Shown here one piece after another: positions 48,455 to 58,700 of a DNA stretch of 64,000 bases. Every line of letters starts with the position of its first letter. The stretch's first letter is position 1. Both the position numbers and the translations under genes were made by a program. The DNA is from Armatimonadota bacterium (GTDB taxonomy: Bacteria; Armatimonadota; UBA5829; DTLH01). The notes beneath the pieces are model-generated. The model was not told the origin of the DNA, made no database searches, and saw nothing but the letters and a program-made list of their open reading frames with translations. The DNA is taken from positions 160,001 through 224,000 of the forward strand of contig JBDKUN010000033.1 in assembly GCA_039679675.1 (NCBI GenBank), given 5' to 3'.

Positions 48455-49674
48455 CCGGCCTTGGGATGGTAACTCCAATCGGTACAGGAAAGGAGAATTT
48501 CTGGAAAGGACTGCTGTCCGGCAAATCGGCAATCCGGCGTCTGACACTCTTCGACCCATCGGAGTTTCGATCACAGGTTGCTGCTGAGGTTCCCGATTTC
48601 GATCCATCCAGCTATCTCGACCCACGCAGATTTAAACGACTTGACCGGTTTGCACAGTTTGCAGTCGTATCGGCAATTTTGGCAGTAGAAGATTCAGGAT
48701 TAATACTAGGCAAAGTTGATCGATCTCGCGTAGGAGTCGCGATTGGGTCTGCGCTTGGTGGTATAGGGTTTGCCGAGAAGCAATACGGAGTATACAGCAG
48801 GGGAGGGGTCAAAGCAGTCGACCCAAGTCTGGCAATTTCAGTCTTTTGCGGGTCAGGCAGTTGCAATATAGCTATCGAACTGGGCTTAAGTGGTCCGGTG
48901 ACCGCAAATTCCAATAGTTGCTCTTCAGGAACGATCTCAATTGGAGAAGCACTTAACTTCATAAAGAGTGGAATAGCCGATGTGGTGCTTGCAGGAGGGG
49001 CGGAAGCTCCGCTTGCTCCACTTTGCTTCGGTGCATTTGCCATAATTCGTGCAATGTCTTGCTGCAACGATGAACCAGGGAAATCCTGCAGACCATTTGA
49101 TGCTATGCGCGACGGTTTTGTAATGGGCGAAGGAGCCGCAGTGCTTGCAATTGAAGAAATGGAGCATGCAATCAGGCGAAATGCACATATTTATGCGGAA
49201 ATTCTAGGTTACAGCCTTACAAACGATGCATACCATATGACGGCCCCGCATCCAGATGGGGTTCACGCAGCCCATGCAATGAAACTTGCGCTTAACAACG
49301 CCGGAGTCTCCTCCAATGAAATCGATTATATCAACGCGCATGGCAGCTCGACACCGCTGAATGACAAATCAGAGACGCTTGCAATCAAGAGAGTATTTGG
49401 TGAATATGCTGAGAAGATACCGATAAGCGGCACGAAGGCTATGCATGGGCACGCGCTTGGAGCAACAGGCTCAATCGAAGCAGCAATCTGCGCGCTTGCG
49501 ATGGAAAATAGTTATGTGCCGCCGACACTCAATCTGGAACACGCCGACCCGGAATGCAGTCTCGATTATGTGCCGCTAGTCGGGCGAAACAGGCAGCTTG
49601 ACAGGGTTCTCTCAAACTCCTTTGGCTTCGGTGGGATAAACTCCTGTATAGTCCTCGGCTCTATCAGCCAGTGA
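48421..49674 (+). CDS. Beta-ketoacyl-ACP synthase II-like ketosynthase (FabF/KS-alpha superfamily, atypical active-site context)
   Basis: VITGLG.VTPIG, DRFAQF, catalytic Cys in NSNSCSSG, RPFD..RDGFVMGEG, INAHGSST, GHALGA, SNSFGFGG.N. Confidence 0.93.
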   Translation: MGRESARRAVITGLGMVTPIGTGKENFWKGLLSGKSAIRRLTLFDPSEFRSQVAAEVPDFDPSSYLDPRRFKRLDRFAQFAVVSAILAVEDSGLILGKVDRSRVGVAIGSALGGIGFAEKQYGVYSRGGVKAVDPSLAISVFCGSGSCNIAIELGLSGPVTANSNSCSSGTISIGEALNFIKSGIADVVLAGGAEAPLAPLCFGAFAIIRAMSCCNDEPGKSCRPFDAMRDGFVMGEGAAVLAIEEMEHAIRRNAHIYAEILGYSLTNDAYHMTAPHPDGVHAAHAMKLALNNAGVSSNEIDYINAHGSSTPLNDKSETLAIKRVFGEYAEKIPISGTKAMHGHALGATGSIEAAICALAMENSYVPPTLNLEHADPECSLDYVPLVGRNRQLDRVLSNSFGFGGINSCIVLGSISQ

Positions 49675-49804
49675 AAATCATAACAATCTGCACAGAAAGA
49701 TGCATAGCCACCTCTAGTCCAGTATAGTATCATGAGTCCATCTGAGTTTGTTGCCGGAGTATTTGTGTATGGATTATAATCTGGTAAAGAGGAAGTAAGT
49801 GTGA

Positions 49805-50854
49805 ATGGCTAAAAGAATTTCTGAAATGGATGTGGTAAGGGCTTTAGCCACTGTCGCCGTTGTAAATATACATATTTCCGCGACTCCTCTTATCGCCACG
49901 CTGAAAGACGGTGCAACAACCTTCATCTATCTCTTTTTAAATGTCGCTGCCAGGTTTGCTGTGCCTACATTTATAATGCTCTCCGGCATGGGACTTGCCA
50001 TCTCGAAGCGCAAGGAGGGCTATTTTTCATTTCTTAAGCGCAGAGTTAAGAAGGTTGTTCTACCATACATTTTGTGGTCTGTTATTTATACCTTCACATG
50101 GGATGAAAATACCGGCGGCATGAGTCTGTCAATGCCTACTGTATCAAGGCTATTGCATAACCTGATAACAGGTGATGCATGCTATCACGTATACTTCGTC
50201 ATAATCATCGTCCAGCTTTATCTGCTGTTCCCGCTCATACGCAACTGGCTTTCGAGTAACACCGGTCTGATAATCTCAGGGATAATCACTGTTTCGATGA
50301 TCTCTATAGGGCAATATGCTGAAATACCGGACCGTTGGGTCTTTTTCTTTGACATTCGCAATCCATTGAACTGGATATTCTACTTCGGTGTCGGCATAAG
50401 GCTGGTGCGAGGCAGAGGGATTGAGATCCTGCGCAGCCGGAAGTATAAGGATCTTCTTTCCTTTGTGACGCTCGGTATGCTGGGCGGTATGATGCTGTTT
50501 GTGTACAGAGTTGGCTTAAGAACAGGTATTGACGCAGCACTCGATGCGCTTGGGCCTGTCATTATCTTCTATACTATGCTCGTAAACATGTGGTTCTGGA
50601 AGCTGAACTGGGATAAATTACCTTTCAGACGTTCACTCGATGCTATATCGGAATGGTCTTACCTAATCTATTTGGCACATCCATTCATACTGATGCTTTA
50701 CATGAACCTGCTGAACAAAATGCAAATTGAACACTACGGCCTGATCTTTGGGATTACAGCGGTTATGCTGGTAACTGCAGGATCAGTTGTATTTGTATCG
50801 GTAAACCGCTTGATCAACTGTGCCTTTACAAGAAACTGCAAACAATCTGCTTGA
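49805..50854 (+). CDS. Acyltransferase family 3 (membrane-bound O-acyl/acetyltransferase)
   Basis: RI.EMD..RALA...VV.IH, RFAVP.F.MLSG, PY.LWS, YH.YF....QLYLLFP, SY.IYL.HP. Confidence 0.9.
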   Translation: MAKRISEMDVVRALATVAVVNIHISATPLIATLKDGATTFIYLFLNVAARFAVPTFIMLSGMGLAISKRKEGYFSFLKRRVKKVVLPYILWSVIYTFTWDENTGGMSLSMPTVSRLLHNLITGDACYHVYFVIIIVQLYLLFPLIRNWLSSNTGLIISGIITVSMISIGQYAEIPDRWVFFFDIRNPLNWIFYFGVGIRLVRGRGIEILRSRKYKDLLSFVTLGMLGGMMLFVYRVGLRTGIDAALDALGPVIIFYTMLVNMWFWKLNWDKLPFRRSLDAISEWSYLIYLAHPFILMLYMNLLNKMQIEHYGLIFGITAVMLVTAGSVVFVSVNRLINCAFTRNCKQSA

Positions 50855-50862
50855 TAACCGGA

Positions 50863-51714
50863 CTACAACCCTCTCAAACGGTACGATGTTGGGGTGATTC
50901 CGGTCATTGTCCTGAACACCCTACAAAAATAGGCCGTATCAGAAAAACCACAGTTCGATGATATCTCTTTCATTGGAATATCGTAGTTTTTGAGCAGAAA
51001 TTTGGCTCTTTCGATCCGCACCAGATTGACATAGTCCGAGAAGTGCATATTTCCCTCGTCGTGGAACAGGCGCGAGATGTGGCAGGGATGTAGCCCAAAA
51101 TGCTTTGCAACAGTATCCCTCGTCAGCGGCTGCTGGTAGTTCTCCTGTACGTACAGGCAGATTGCATCATATGTATGGCCGGCTTTTTTTGTCTGCGCGC
51201 TTTCAGGTTTCTTCAAAATAAGCGTGCAGGCGCGAAGCAGCGCTTCAGCAAGCAGAGGTCCTATAGAATTACGCGCATAATTATCATTCAGTCTGATGAT
51301 TGTATCGAGTATATTGCCGGGCAGGCTGTCTTTTGATATTGGTATACTGCATTTCATCGCGCCGACAGGATCACTTGTGGAACCGTCGTGAGTGACAAGG
51401 CTGAAACCGATCTGTTTCTTGCCGAAAAGGAGCGTCAGCACGCTGACAGGCTCCGTCCACTTCGGTTTGTCCCAGCAGTGCCTTCCGACGAATACTCCCC
51501 CGCCGATTGTGCAGTCGATCTGCCTGGTCTTCCAGCAATGGGCAATTTCCACAGGGTATCGGCCGGAAAGAGGTATTGCAAGTCTGGGAAAAGGGGTCAC
51601 ATACGCAAGCGGCGGCGGCGCAAGCGAGCTATCAGCGAAGTACAGCCGGTCTATCGCTTGTGTTTCAAGAAAGTCGTGAATTGATCTGTCTATCAAGTCA
51701 GGTGTATTCATCAC
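50863..51714 (-). CDS. yijO: AraC-family regulator, YijO-like
   Basis: YFA....PPPLAY..FPRL, LFGKKQIGFS, LTRDTVA, AKFLL..Y, CGFSDTAYFCRVF..TP..YR. Resembles E. coli YijO from memory and lies next to frw genes. Confidence 0.8.
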   Translation of the reverse strand: MMNTPDLIDRSIHDFLETQAIDRLYFADSSLAPPPLAYVTPFPRLAIPLSGRYPVEIAHCWKTRQIDCTIGGGVFVGRHCWDKPKWTEPVSVLTLLFGKKQIGFSLVTHDGSTSDPVGAMKCSIPISKDSLPGNILDTIIRLNDNYARNSIGPLLAEALLRACTLILKKPESAQTKKAGHTYDAICLYVQENYQQPLTRDTVAKHFGLHPCHISRLFHDEGNMHFSDYVNLVRIERAKFLLKNYDIPMKEISSNCGFSDTAYFCRVFRTMTGITPTSYRLRGL

Positions 51715-51812
51715 ATGTCACAATAATACAATAAATGCAATCCATTACCATTGACATTAGTAGCCAAGCTACGTGATTATAATTATAGCATGTAATCTAA
51801 GGAGCTCAACAG

Positions 51813-52889
51813 ATGTCGTCCGATAGTGTAGTAGATAATCTCAAGAAGATAAAGCAATACCTGCTGACCGGCGTTTCACACGCCATTCCGTTTGTGGCTT
51901 GCGGCGGTATAATGATAGCGTTTTCAATCGCATTTGCCAGGATGACGCCCAGCGGGCCTGATTTTTCCCATTCCCCAAATCTGAAACTCATCAATGATAT
52001 AGGCAGCGCTGCATTTGCATTATTGTTGCCCATTCTAGCGGGCTATATTGCCTATGCTATGGCAAACAGGCCGGGACTTGTAGCAGGATTTGTAGGTGGT
52101 TATCTTGCAGGCGAAGTAAAGGCTGGATTTATCGGCGCGCTCGTGGCCGGATTGATTGCTGGCTATACAGTCAACCTCATCAAGAAGCTGCCTGTTCCCA
52201 AATATTTAAAACCGATCATGCCGATATTGATAATTCCGATACTGTCTTCGCTCGTAATCGGCGTGCTGATGCTCAAAGTTTTAGGCATTCCTATTGCTAA
52301 CCTGATGATTTTTCTCGGCGAATGGCTCAAACAGATGGGTACCGGAAACGCAATCGTCCTTGCAATAATCCTTGGGTCAATGATCGCATTCGATATGGGC
52401 GGACCAGTCAACAAGGCTGCATTTTTCTTCGGCGCTGCAATGATAAAAGAAGGCAATTGTGCCGTAATGGGAGCCTGCGCGGCTGCAATATGCACTCCTC
52501 CGCTTGGACTTGGGCTTGCGACACTTTTGAACAGGCGGCTCTGGAGCGATGAGGAACACGAAGCCGGAGTGGCAAGTCTTGCGATGGGGCTGATAGGCAT
52601 TACAGAAGGTGCTATTCCGTTTGCGGCATCAGATCCGTTCAGAGTAATACCCTGCATTATGTGCGGATCGGTGGTAGCCTCGGTGATTGCTATGCTTGGC
52701 GGAGTTGGTGACCATGCACCGCACGGCGGGCCGATTGTAATCCCTGTTGTGGACCATCGGCTGATGTATGTAATCGCGATTCTGGCAGGCACTTTCGTGA
52801 CTGCACTGCTTATCAATACACTTAAAGCTCTTGCAAACCGCAAGAATTCGAAGACTGACATAGAGATAGAACAGAAGGCATCTGTCTGA
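51813..52889 (+). CDS. frwC: PTS fructose-family EIIC component (FrwC-like)
   Basis: LLTGVSH.IPFV..GG, AFDMGGPVNKAA, PPLGLGLAT, GITEGAIPFAA.DP, APHGG. Confidence 0.88.
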   Translation: MSSDSVVDNLKKIKQYLLTGVSHAIPFVACGGIMIAFSIAFARMTPSGPDFSHSPNLKLINDIGSAAFALLLPILAGYIAYAMANRPGLVAGFVGGYLAGEVKAGFIGALVAGLIAGYTVNLIKKLPVPKYLKPIMPILIIPILSSLVIGVLMLKVLGIPIANLMIFLGEWLKQMGTGNAIVLAIILGSMIAFDMGGPVNKAAFFFGAAMIKEGNCAVMGACAAAICTPPLGLGLATLLNRRLWSDEEHEAGVASLAMGLIGITEGAIPFAASDPFRVIPCIMCGSVVASVIAMLGGVGDHAPHGGPIVIPVVDHRLMYVIAILAGTFVTALLINTLKALANRKNSKTDIEIEQKASV

Positions 52890-52909
52890 GTAGTTTGGAG
52901 GATTATGAA

Positions 52910-53209
52910 ATGAATATAGTAGCTGTTACCGCATGTCCGACGGGCATTGCACACACATATATGGCCGCTGCGCAGCTTGAAAAGGTCGGTAAGGAGCTTG
53001 GTCACAAGATCAAGGTCGAGACACAGGGCGCAATGGGAATAGAGAACGAGCTTACTGCAGATGACATCAAAAATGCTGATGTCGCGTTGTTTGCGGTAGA
53101 CATAGAAGTCGAGGAACGGCAGAGGTTCAACGGAATCAAGATCGTAGAAGTCCCGGTCCAGCTTGCACTGAAGGACCCTAAGTCGATATTCGATAAGCTT
53201 GCCGAGTAA
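52910..53209 (+). CDS. frwB: PTS fructose-family EIIB component
   Basis: VAVTACPTGIAHTYMAA, KVETQGA.G.ENEL; GGAGG RBS. Confidence 0.9.
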   Translation: MNIVAVTACPTGIAHTYMAAAQLEKVGKELGHKIKVETQGAMGIENELTADDIKNADVALFAVDIEVEERQRFNGIKIVEVPVQLALKDPKSIFDKLAE

Positions 53210-53212
53210 TAC

Positions 53213-55735
53213 ATGTCACTGGAATACACTTTTATCTGTCCTCTGCCCAATGGCCTGCACGCGCGTCCTGCAAGCCTCTTTGCCGAGGTAGTCAAGGGCT
53301 ACAAGTCCAGGGCAAGCCTCATAAATGAACGTAATGGTCATGAAGTCAACGCTGCGAGCGTGCTGGACTTAATAAGCGCTGATATAAGGAATAACGACCG
53401 CTGCTGCATAAGGCTTTCGGGCGACGATGAAGAAAAAGCGCATGCGGCGGTGGTTGAATTCATCAAAAACACACTCCCTCAATGTGATGAACCGCTTCCT
53501 GAGACTAAACCGCAGGGTGAGATAAAAATACCAAGGCTGCTCAATGGTTTGAGTGTCAGCTTTGTGCCGGGTGATGTCGCATGCGCCGGGATCGGGATAG
53601 GTAAAGCCGTATCGGTAGAATGCCTTGCTCTTCAGGTGGATGACTCTAAACATGCCGAAAGCCCGGCTGTCGAGCATAGCAAAGTTGAATCTGCGATAAA
53701 TAGCGTACGGTCGGATATTGAACGGCTTCTTTCAACTACACAGAACTCTGTAGTAAGTGGAGTTCTGTGCGCTCATCTTGCAATCGTAGATGATATTGCC
53801 TTCTTAAGGGAGATAAATAGCCTGATTGATGGCGGGATGACAGCAGGCAAGGCAGTGGCAGAGACTGTGGAAACGTTTGCTGAAGAGTTCGAGACTATGG
53901 AAAACGAATATCTCCGCGAACGTGCTATCGACATTCGTGACATCGGTCTCCAGCTTCTGGAAAGCATGAACTGTTGTATATCAGGACAGCAGGCAGTTAT
54001 CCTCACTGAACCATCTGTTTTGGTCGCGAAAAGCCTTGCTCCCAGGCAGTTGCTTGAGCTGGATAGAAAGCAGTTGCGCGGCCTTATACTCGAACAGGCC
54101 GGTGCTACCTCGCATGCGGTGATTCTCGCACGTTCGTTCGGGATACCGACGATTACAGGAATTCCCAGCGCATGCACGCAGGCAGGGAGTTGCGATATTG
54201 TAGTAGATGCGGATCGCGGCATGGCCGTCTTTCCGGTGGATGAAAAGGTTCGCAGGTTTTATGAAAGAGAAATCGTAAGAACCACAGAACGCAGAAATCG
54301 ATTTTTAAAATGCACCGGTGTTCCGGTAACGACGAAAGACGGCGCACGAATAGAGATTGCTGCAAATATAGCGACCGGCTCTGAAGTGGAAGACGTAATT
54401 GCAAACGGCGCGGAGGGCATAGGGCTGTTCAGGACAGAGATGCTGTTTTCCGAAAGGCCGAATCCGCCTTCGGAACAGGAGCAGTTCGAGATATACTCCC
54501 AGGTCGCGCGGGCGATGGCTGGAAAATCGGTTGTAATAAGGACGCTCGATGCAGGCGGCGACAAACCGCTGCCTCATCTGAACCAGACCGCTGAAGAAAA
54601 CCCCTTCCTAGGCTGCAGGGGGATAAGATTATATCAGGATAATATCGAGATCATCACAAATCAAATCCGCGCGATAGTAAGGGCATCGGCTCACGGACGG
54701 TTGAAAATAATGGCCCCGATGGTCTCGTCAGTCGATGAAGCCAAATGGTTTAGAGAATTGATCCGCGATGTTCAGGCGAGCTTCGACAAGTCCGGCATCG
54801 AGCATGACCCTGATATGCATGTCGGGGTAATGGTCGAGGTTCCGTCGGCTGCGATGATGATAGACAAGCTGTGTGATGTCGTCGATTTCTTCAGCATAGG
54901 GACCAATGACCTCTGCCAGTACTTTCTTGCAGCCGAACGCGGAAACCCGAAGGTATCTTCGATCTACAACGAAAAGCATCCGGCTTTTCTACGATTATTG
55001 AAATCCGTTGTGGATAGTGCCCGCGGGCTTGGCAAATGGGTTGGGGTATGCGGCGAAATGGCCGGTAAGGTCGAGAACATGCCGCTTCTGGCCGGTCTGG
55101 GGCTGGATGAGATCAGCCTGTCAGTGCCAAACATTCCAGCAGTCCGCGATGCGGTTTCTTCTTTGAATGCGCTAGAATGCAGGCAACTGCTGGAATCGGC
55201 TGTATCATGCGCAAGTGCGTTGGAAGTGGAGTCATTACTCGGCAAGTTCAATGAAAAACTGAGCGATCAGCCGCTTTTTGATGCGAATCTCATCGTTTCG
55301 GAATCTGACAGCCGCTCGAAAGAAGAAGCCATAAAAGAACTTGCCGATTTATTGTATATCACAGGTCGTACGGACGCATGTGACGGTCTTGAAGATGCAA
55401 TTTGGGCGCGGGAAGCCATGTATTCCACTGGCCTGGGCTATGGTTTTGCAATCCCTCATTGCAAAACGGATATTCTGAAGGCAAACTCGCTCGCCGTTTT
55501 GAAACTCAAAGAACCCGTCGAGTGGGGATCGATAGACAATCAACCTGTGAGTTTTGTAATATTACTTGCGATGCGAGAGTCTGATAAAGACAATTCACAT
55601 ATGCGTATTTTCTCGGTTCTTGCCAGAAAGCTGATGGATGAAGACTTCAGGCAGCAGCTTATTTCAGCAAAAGACCGGCATGAGATGCTTGCCTGCCTTA
55701 TATCGGAGCTGAACCCTCCAAATACCACCATTTGA
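53213..55735 (+). CDS. ptsA: Multiphosphoryl transfer protein HPr-EI-EIIA(Fru)
   Basis: HPr LPNGLHARPAS; EI TSHAVILARS, GLFRTEML, RTLD.GGDK, NPFLG.RG, SIGTNDL, CGEMA; EIIA STGLG.GFAIPH. Confidence 0.92.
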   Translation: MSLEYTFICPLPNGLHARPASLFAEVVKGYKSRASLINERNGHEVNAASVLDLISADIRNNDRCCIRLSGDDEEKAHAAVVEFIKNTLPQCDEPLPETKPQGEIKIPRLLNGLSVSFVPGDVACAGIGIGKAVSVECLALQVDDSKHAESPAVEHSKVESAINSVRSDIERLLSTTQNSVVSGVLCAHLAIVDDIAFLREINSLIDGGMTAGKAVAETVETFAEEFETMENEYLRERAIDIRDIGLQLLESMNCCISGQQAVILTEPSVLVAKSLAPRQLLELDRKQLRGLILEQAGATSHAVILARSFGIPTITGIPSACTQAGSCDIVVDADRGMAVFPVDEKVRRFYEREIVRTTERRNRFLKCTGVPVTTKDGARIEIAANIATGSEVEDVIANGAEGIGLFRTEMLFSERPNPPSEQEQFEIYSQVARAMAGKSVVIRTLDAGGDKPLPHLNQTAEENPFLGCRGIRLYQDNIEIITNQIRAIVRASAHGRLKIMAPMVSSVDEAKWFRELIRDVQASFDKSGIEHDPDMHVGVMVEVPSAAMMIDKLCDVVDFFSIGTNDLCQYFLAAERGNPKVSSIYNEKHPAFLRLLKSVVDSARGLGKWVGVCGEMAGKVENMPLLAGLGLDEISLSVPNIPAVRDAVSSLNALECRQLLESAVSCASALEVESLLGKFNEKLSDQPLFDANLIVSESDSRSKEEAIKELADLLYITGRTDACDGLEDAIWAREAMYSTGLGYGFAIPHCKTDILKANSLAVLKLKEPVEWGSIDNQPVSFVILLAMRESDKDNSHMRIFSVLARKLMDEDFRQQLISAKDRHEMLACLISELNPPNTTI

Positions 55736-55757
55736 AAGGAAAAAAGAGATTAGTAGA

Positions 55758-58700
55758 ATGAAGCATCTGTATATTTTGGCGGCGCTTGCCGCTATATCGT
55801 GGCTGGCTACGGCTGTGATTGCATCAGAGGTGAAATTACCGAAGATCGATCTTTCCACCGGCCGCACACTTTATGTAGTAGGGTATTCGCACCTGGACAC
55901 CCAGTGGCGTTGGAACTATGTGGATACTATTAATGTGTATATTCCGCATACTCTGCACGACAACTTCAGTCTGATTGAGAGATATCCTGACTACATATTC
56001 AACTTCAGCGGCGCAAACCGCTACAGGATGATAAAAGAATACTATCCATCGGACTATGAGAAAGTGAAACACTATATCTCGGTAGGCCGGTGGTTCCCGT
56101 GCGGCTCTTCTATGGAAGAGTGTGATGTGCTGGCGCCCTCAGCCGAGTCTATTATTCGGCAGGTGCTATACGGAAACCACTATTTCAGAAAAGAGTTCGG
56201 CGTAGCAAGCAATGAGTTTATGATCCCTGACTGTTTCGGGTTTCCGGCATCGCTGCCGCAGCTGCTTTCGCACTGCGGAGTTATCGGATTCTCTTCTCAA
56301 AAACTGACCTGGGGATCGGCAGTAGGAATTCCTTTCAACGTTGGACTCTGGGAAGGATTGGATGGTTCGTCTGTAATCGCTGCGTTTAACCCTGGATGCT
56401 ACGTAAGCAAAGTCGAAAAAGACTTGTCCAAGAATGAAAAATGGCTGGAACGCATCGAAGAAGATGGTAAGTCCAGCGGTGTTTTTGCTGATTATAGTTA
56501 CTATGGAGTGGGGGACACAGGCGGAGCGCCGCAGGAAGACTCGGTCAAATGGGTCGAGACATCCGTAAAGAGCGATGGCCCGGTAAAGGTCATCTCATCC
56601 AAGGCTGATCAGATGTTCATGGACATAGATGGGAAGGAGAATAATCTTCCCAAATACAAAGGTGATCTGCTGCTTACCGAGCATTCAGCGGCTTCGATTA
56701 CCTCTCAGTCATATATGAAAAAACTGAACCGCATAAATGAGATTCTCGGCGATAGCGCGGAGAGAGCATCTGTTGCCGCAAGCTGGCTGGGAGGGCTTCC
56801 ATATCAGCAGAAGAAGCTCAATGACGCATGGACGCTTGTAATGGGCGGCCAATTCCACGACATTCTTCCTGGGACATCTGTGCCGAAGGCCTACGAATAC
56901 TCCTGGAATGATGGAATTCTGGCTATAAACCAGTTCACAAATGTGCTTTGCCAGGCAAACGATTCGATTTCTTCAGGACTCGACACCAGTGCTGAAGGTA
57001 AAGCTGTAGTTGTATATAACCCGCTCTCTGTAGACCGTGAAGATGTCGTTAAGGCAATGGTCAAATCCTTTGGCCCGGCAAACACTGTAAAAGTAGTCGG
57101 CCCGGACGGTAAAGTGACACCTTCGCAGGTAATTGGGCACGAAGGTAACGATCTGACAGTGATATTCATCGCTAAAGTGCCTTCTGTTGGGTTTGCTGTC
57201 TACGATGTCCGCCCGTCGGACGCCCAGAACGTAGACAAGAACGGTCTTTCCGTTACGGAAAAGTCTCTGGAGAACGCCAGATACAAGGTAACATTGGACG
57301 AAAACGGCGACATTTCCAGCATATATGACAAACTGGCAGCCCGCGAGATGATTTCCTCACCGATACGGCTTGCATTTATAGCTGATGATCCTCGTGAGTG
57401 GCCTGCCTGGAATATCGATTGGAAAGACCAGAGCGCCGCGCCGCGCGATTATGTGGCCGGTCCTGCCAAGTTCAGAATCGTAGAAAACGGGCCTGTGAGA
57501 GTTGCAGTCGAGGTAGAGCGTGAGAGAGAAGGATCGAAGTTCGTTCAGACGATCAGTCTCTCATGCGGCAGTGCAGGTAATCGTGTAGAAGTTTCCAACT
57601 CCATAGACTGGCGGAGCAAGGAATGTATCCTGAAATCGGTATTCCCTCTTACGGTTTCAAACCCGATGGCAACTTATAACTGGGAGGTCGGTACGATTGA
57701 GCGCGGCAACAATGATCCTAAGAAATATGAAGTGCCTTCGCATCAATGGTTTGACCTTACAGATGCCAAGGGCGACTACGGCGTCACCGTGCTCTCCCCA
57801 TATAAATACGGCTCTGATAAGCCGGACGATTCTACGCTCAGACTTACACTGCTACTCACTCCGGGAGTGAAGAAAGAGTTCTGCGACCAGTCTACTCAGG
57901 ACTGGGGACACCACAGCATCAAATACGCGCTCGTCGGCCACAAGAATGACTGGCGCAGCTCTCAGGCAGACTGGCAGGCTCTCGGCTTCGAGCAGCCGCT
58001 CATTTCGTTTGAAACTGAATCACATCCGGGCAAGCTGGGCAAGTCTATATCGTTTGTCCGCGTGAGCAGCCCGAATGTCAAGGTCATGGCGGTTAAAAAG
58101 GCAGAAGACAGCGATGAGATCGTAGTGAGAGTCGTCGAGACAACAGGTACGCCTGTAAAAGACGTGTGTGTCGCATTTGCCGGGAAGGTAGTATCAGCCC
58201 GCGAGGTAAACGGCCAGGAACTGCCAGTTGGAGCCGCAGCAGTAGCGGACGGTAAGCTGGCGGCGGACTTAAAGGCATACGGTATTAGGACTTTTGCGGT
58301 CAAACTTGGCCAGCCGGGATATAATATACATAAACCGGCATGTCAGAGCGTAGACCTGCCGTATGACAAGTGCGTGACCTCTCGCGACGGCGAAAAGTCA
58401 AACGGCGGGTTCGACGCAGGCGGTATCTGTCTTGCCGCCGAGATGCTGTCGGATACGGTAATCGACGGCACTGTGACTTACAAGCTGCAGCACATAAGTG
58501 ACGGCAAACCGAACTCCGTCACGTGCAAAGGGCAGACAATCGCTCTGCCGAAGGGCGACTTCAAGAAGATAGCGATACTCGCCGCCGGGTCAGACGGCGA
58601 CCAACCGGCCGTTTTTGATGTAGACGGCAGAAAAACGAATCTAGACATTCAGGATTGGGGCGGATATATAGGCCAGTGGGATAACAGAGTGTGGAAAGGT

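Noticed and set aside
41705..49674. Hopanoid, bacteriochlorophyll or ladderane pathway assignment
   Set aside because: No squalene-hopene cyclase, bch genes, or ACP/FabZ/desaturase-like set in the window; sharing the B12-rSAM fold is not enough.
49805..50854. Acyltransferase-3 as part of the ketosynthase cluster
   Set aside because: It is separated by 130 nt with its own TATAAT-like element, and the family usually acylates surface glycans. Membership is unsupported, though not excluded.
52163..53005. 280-aa antisense ORF
   Set aside because: It shadows frwC/frwB; the composition is typical of the reverse strand of a membrane-protein gene.
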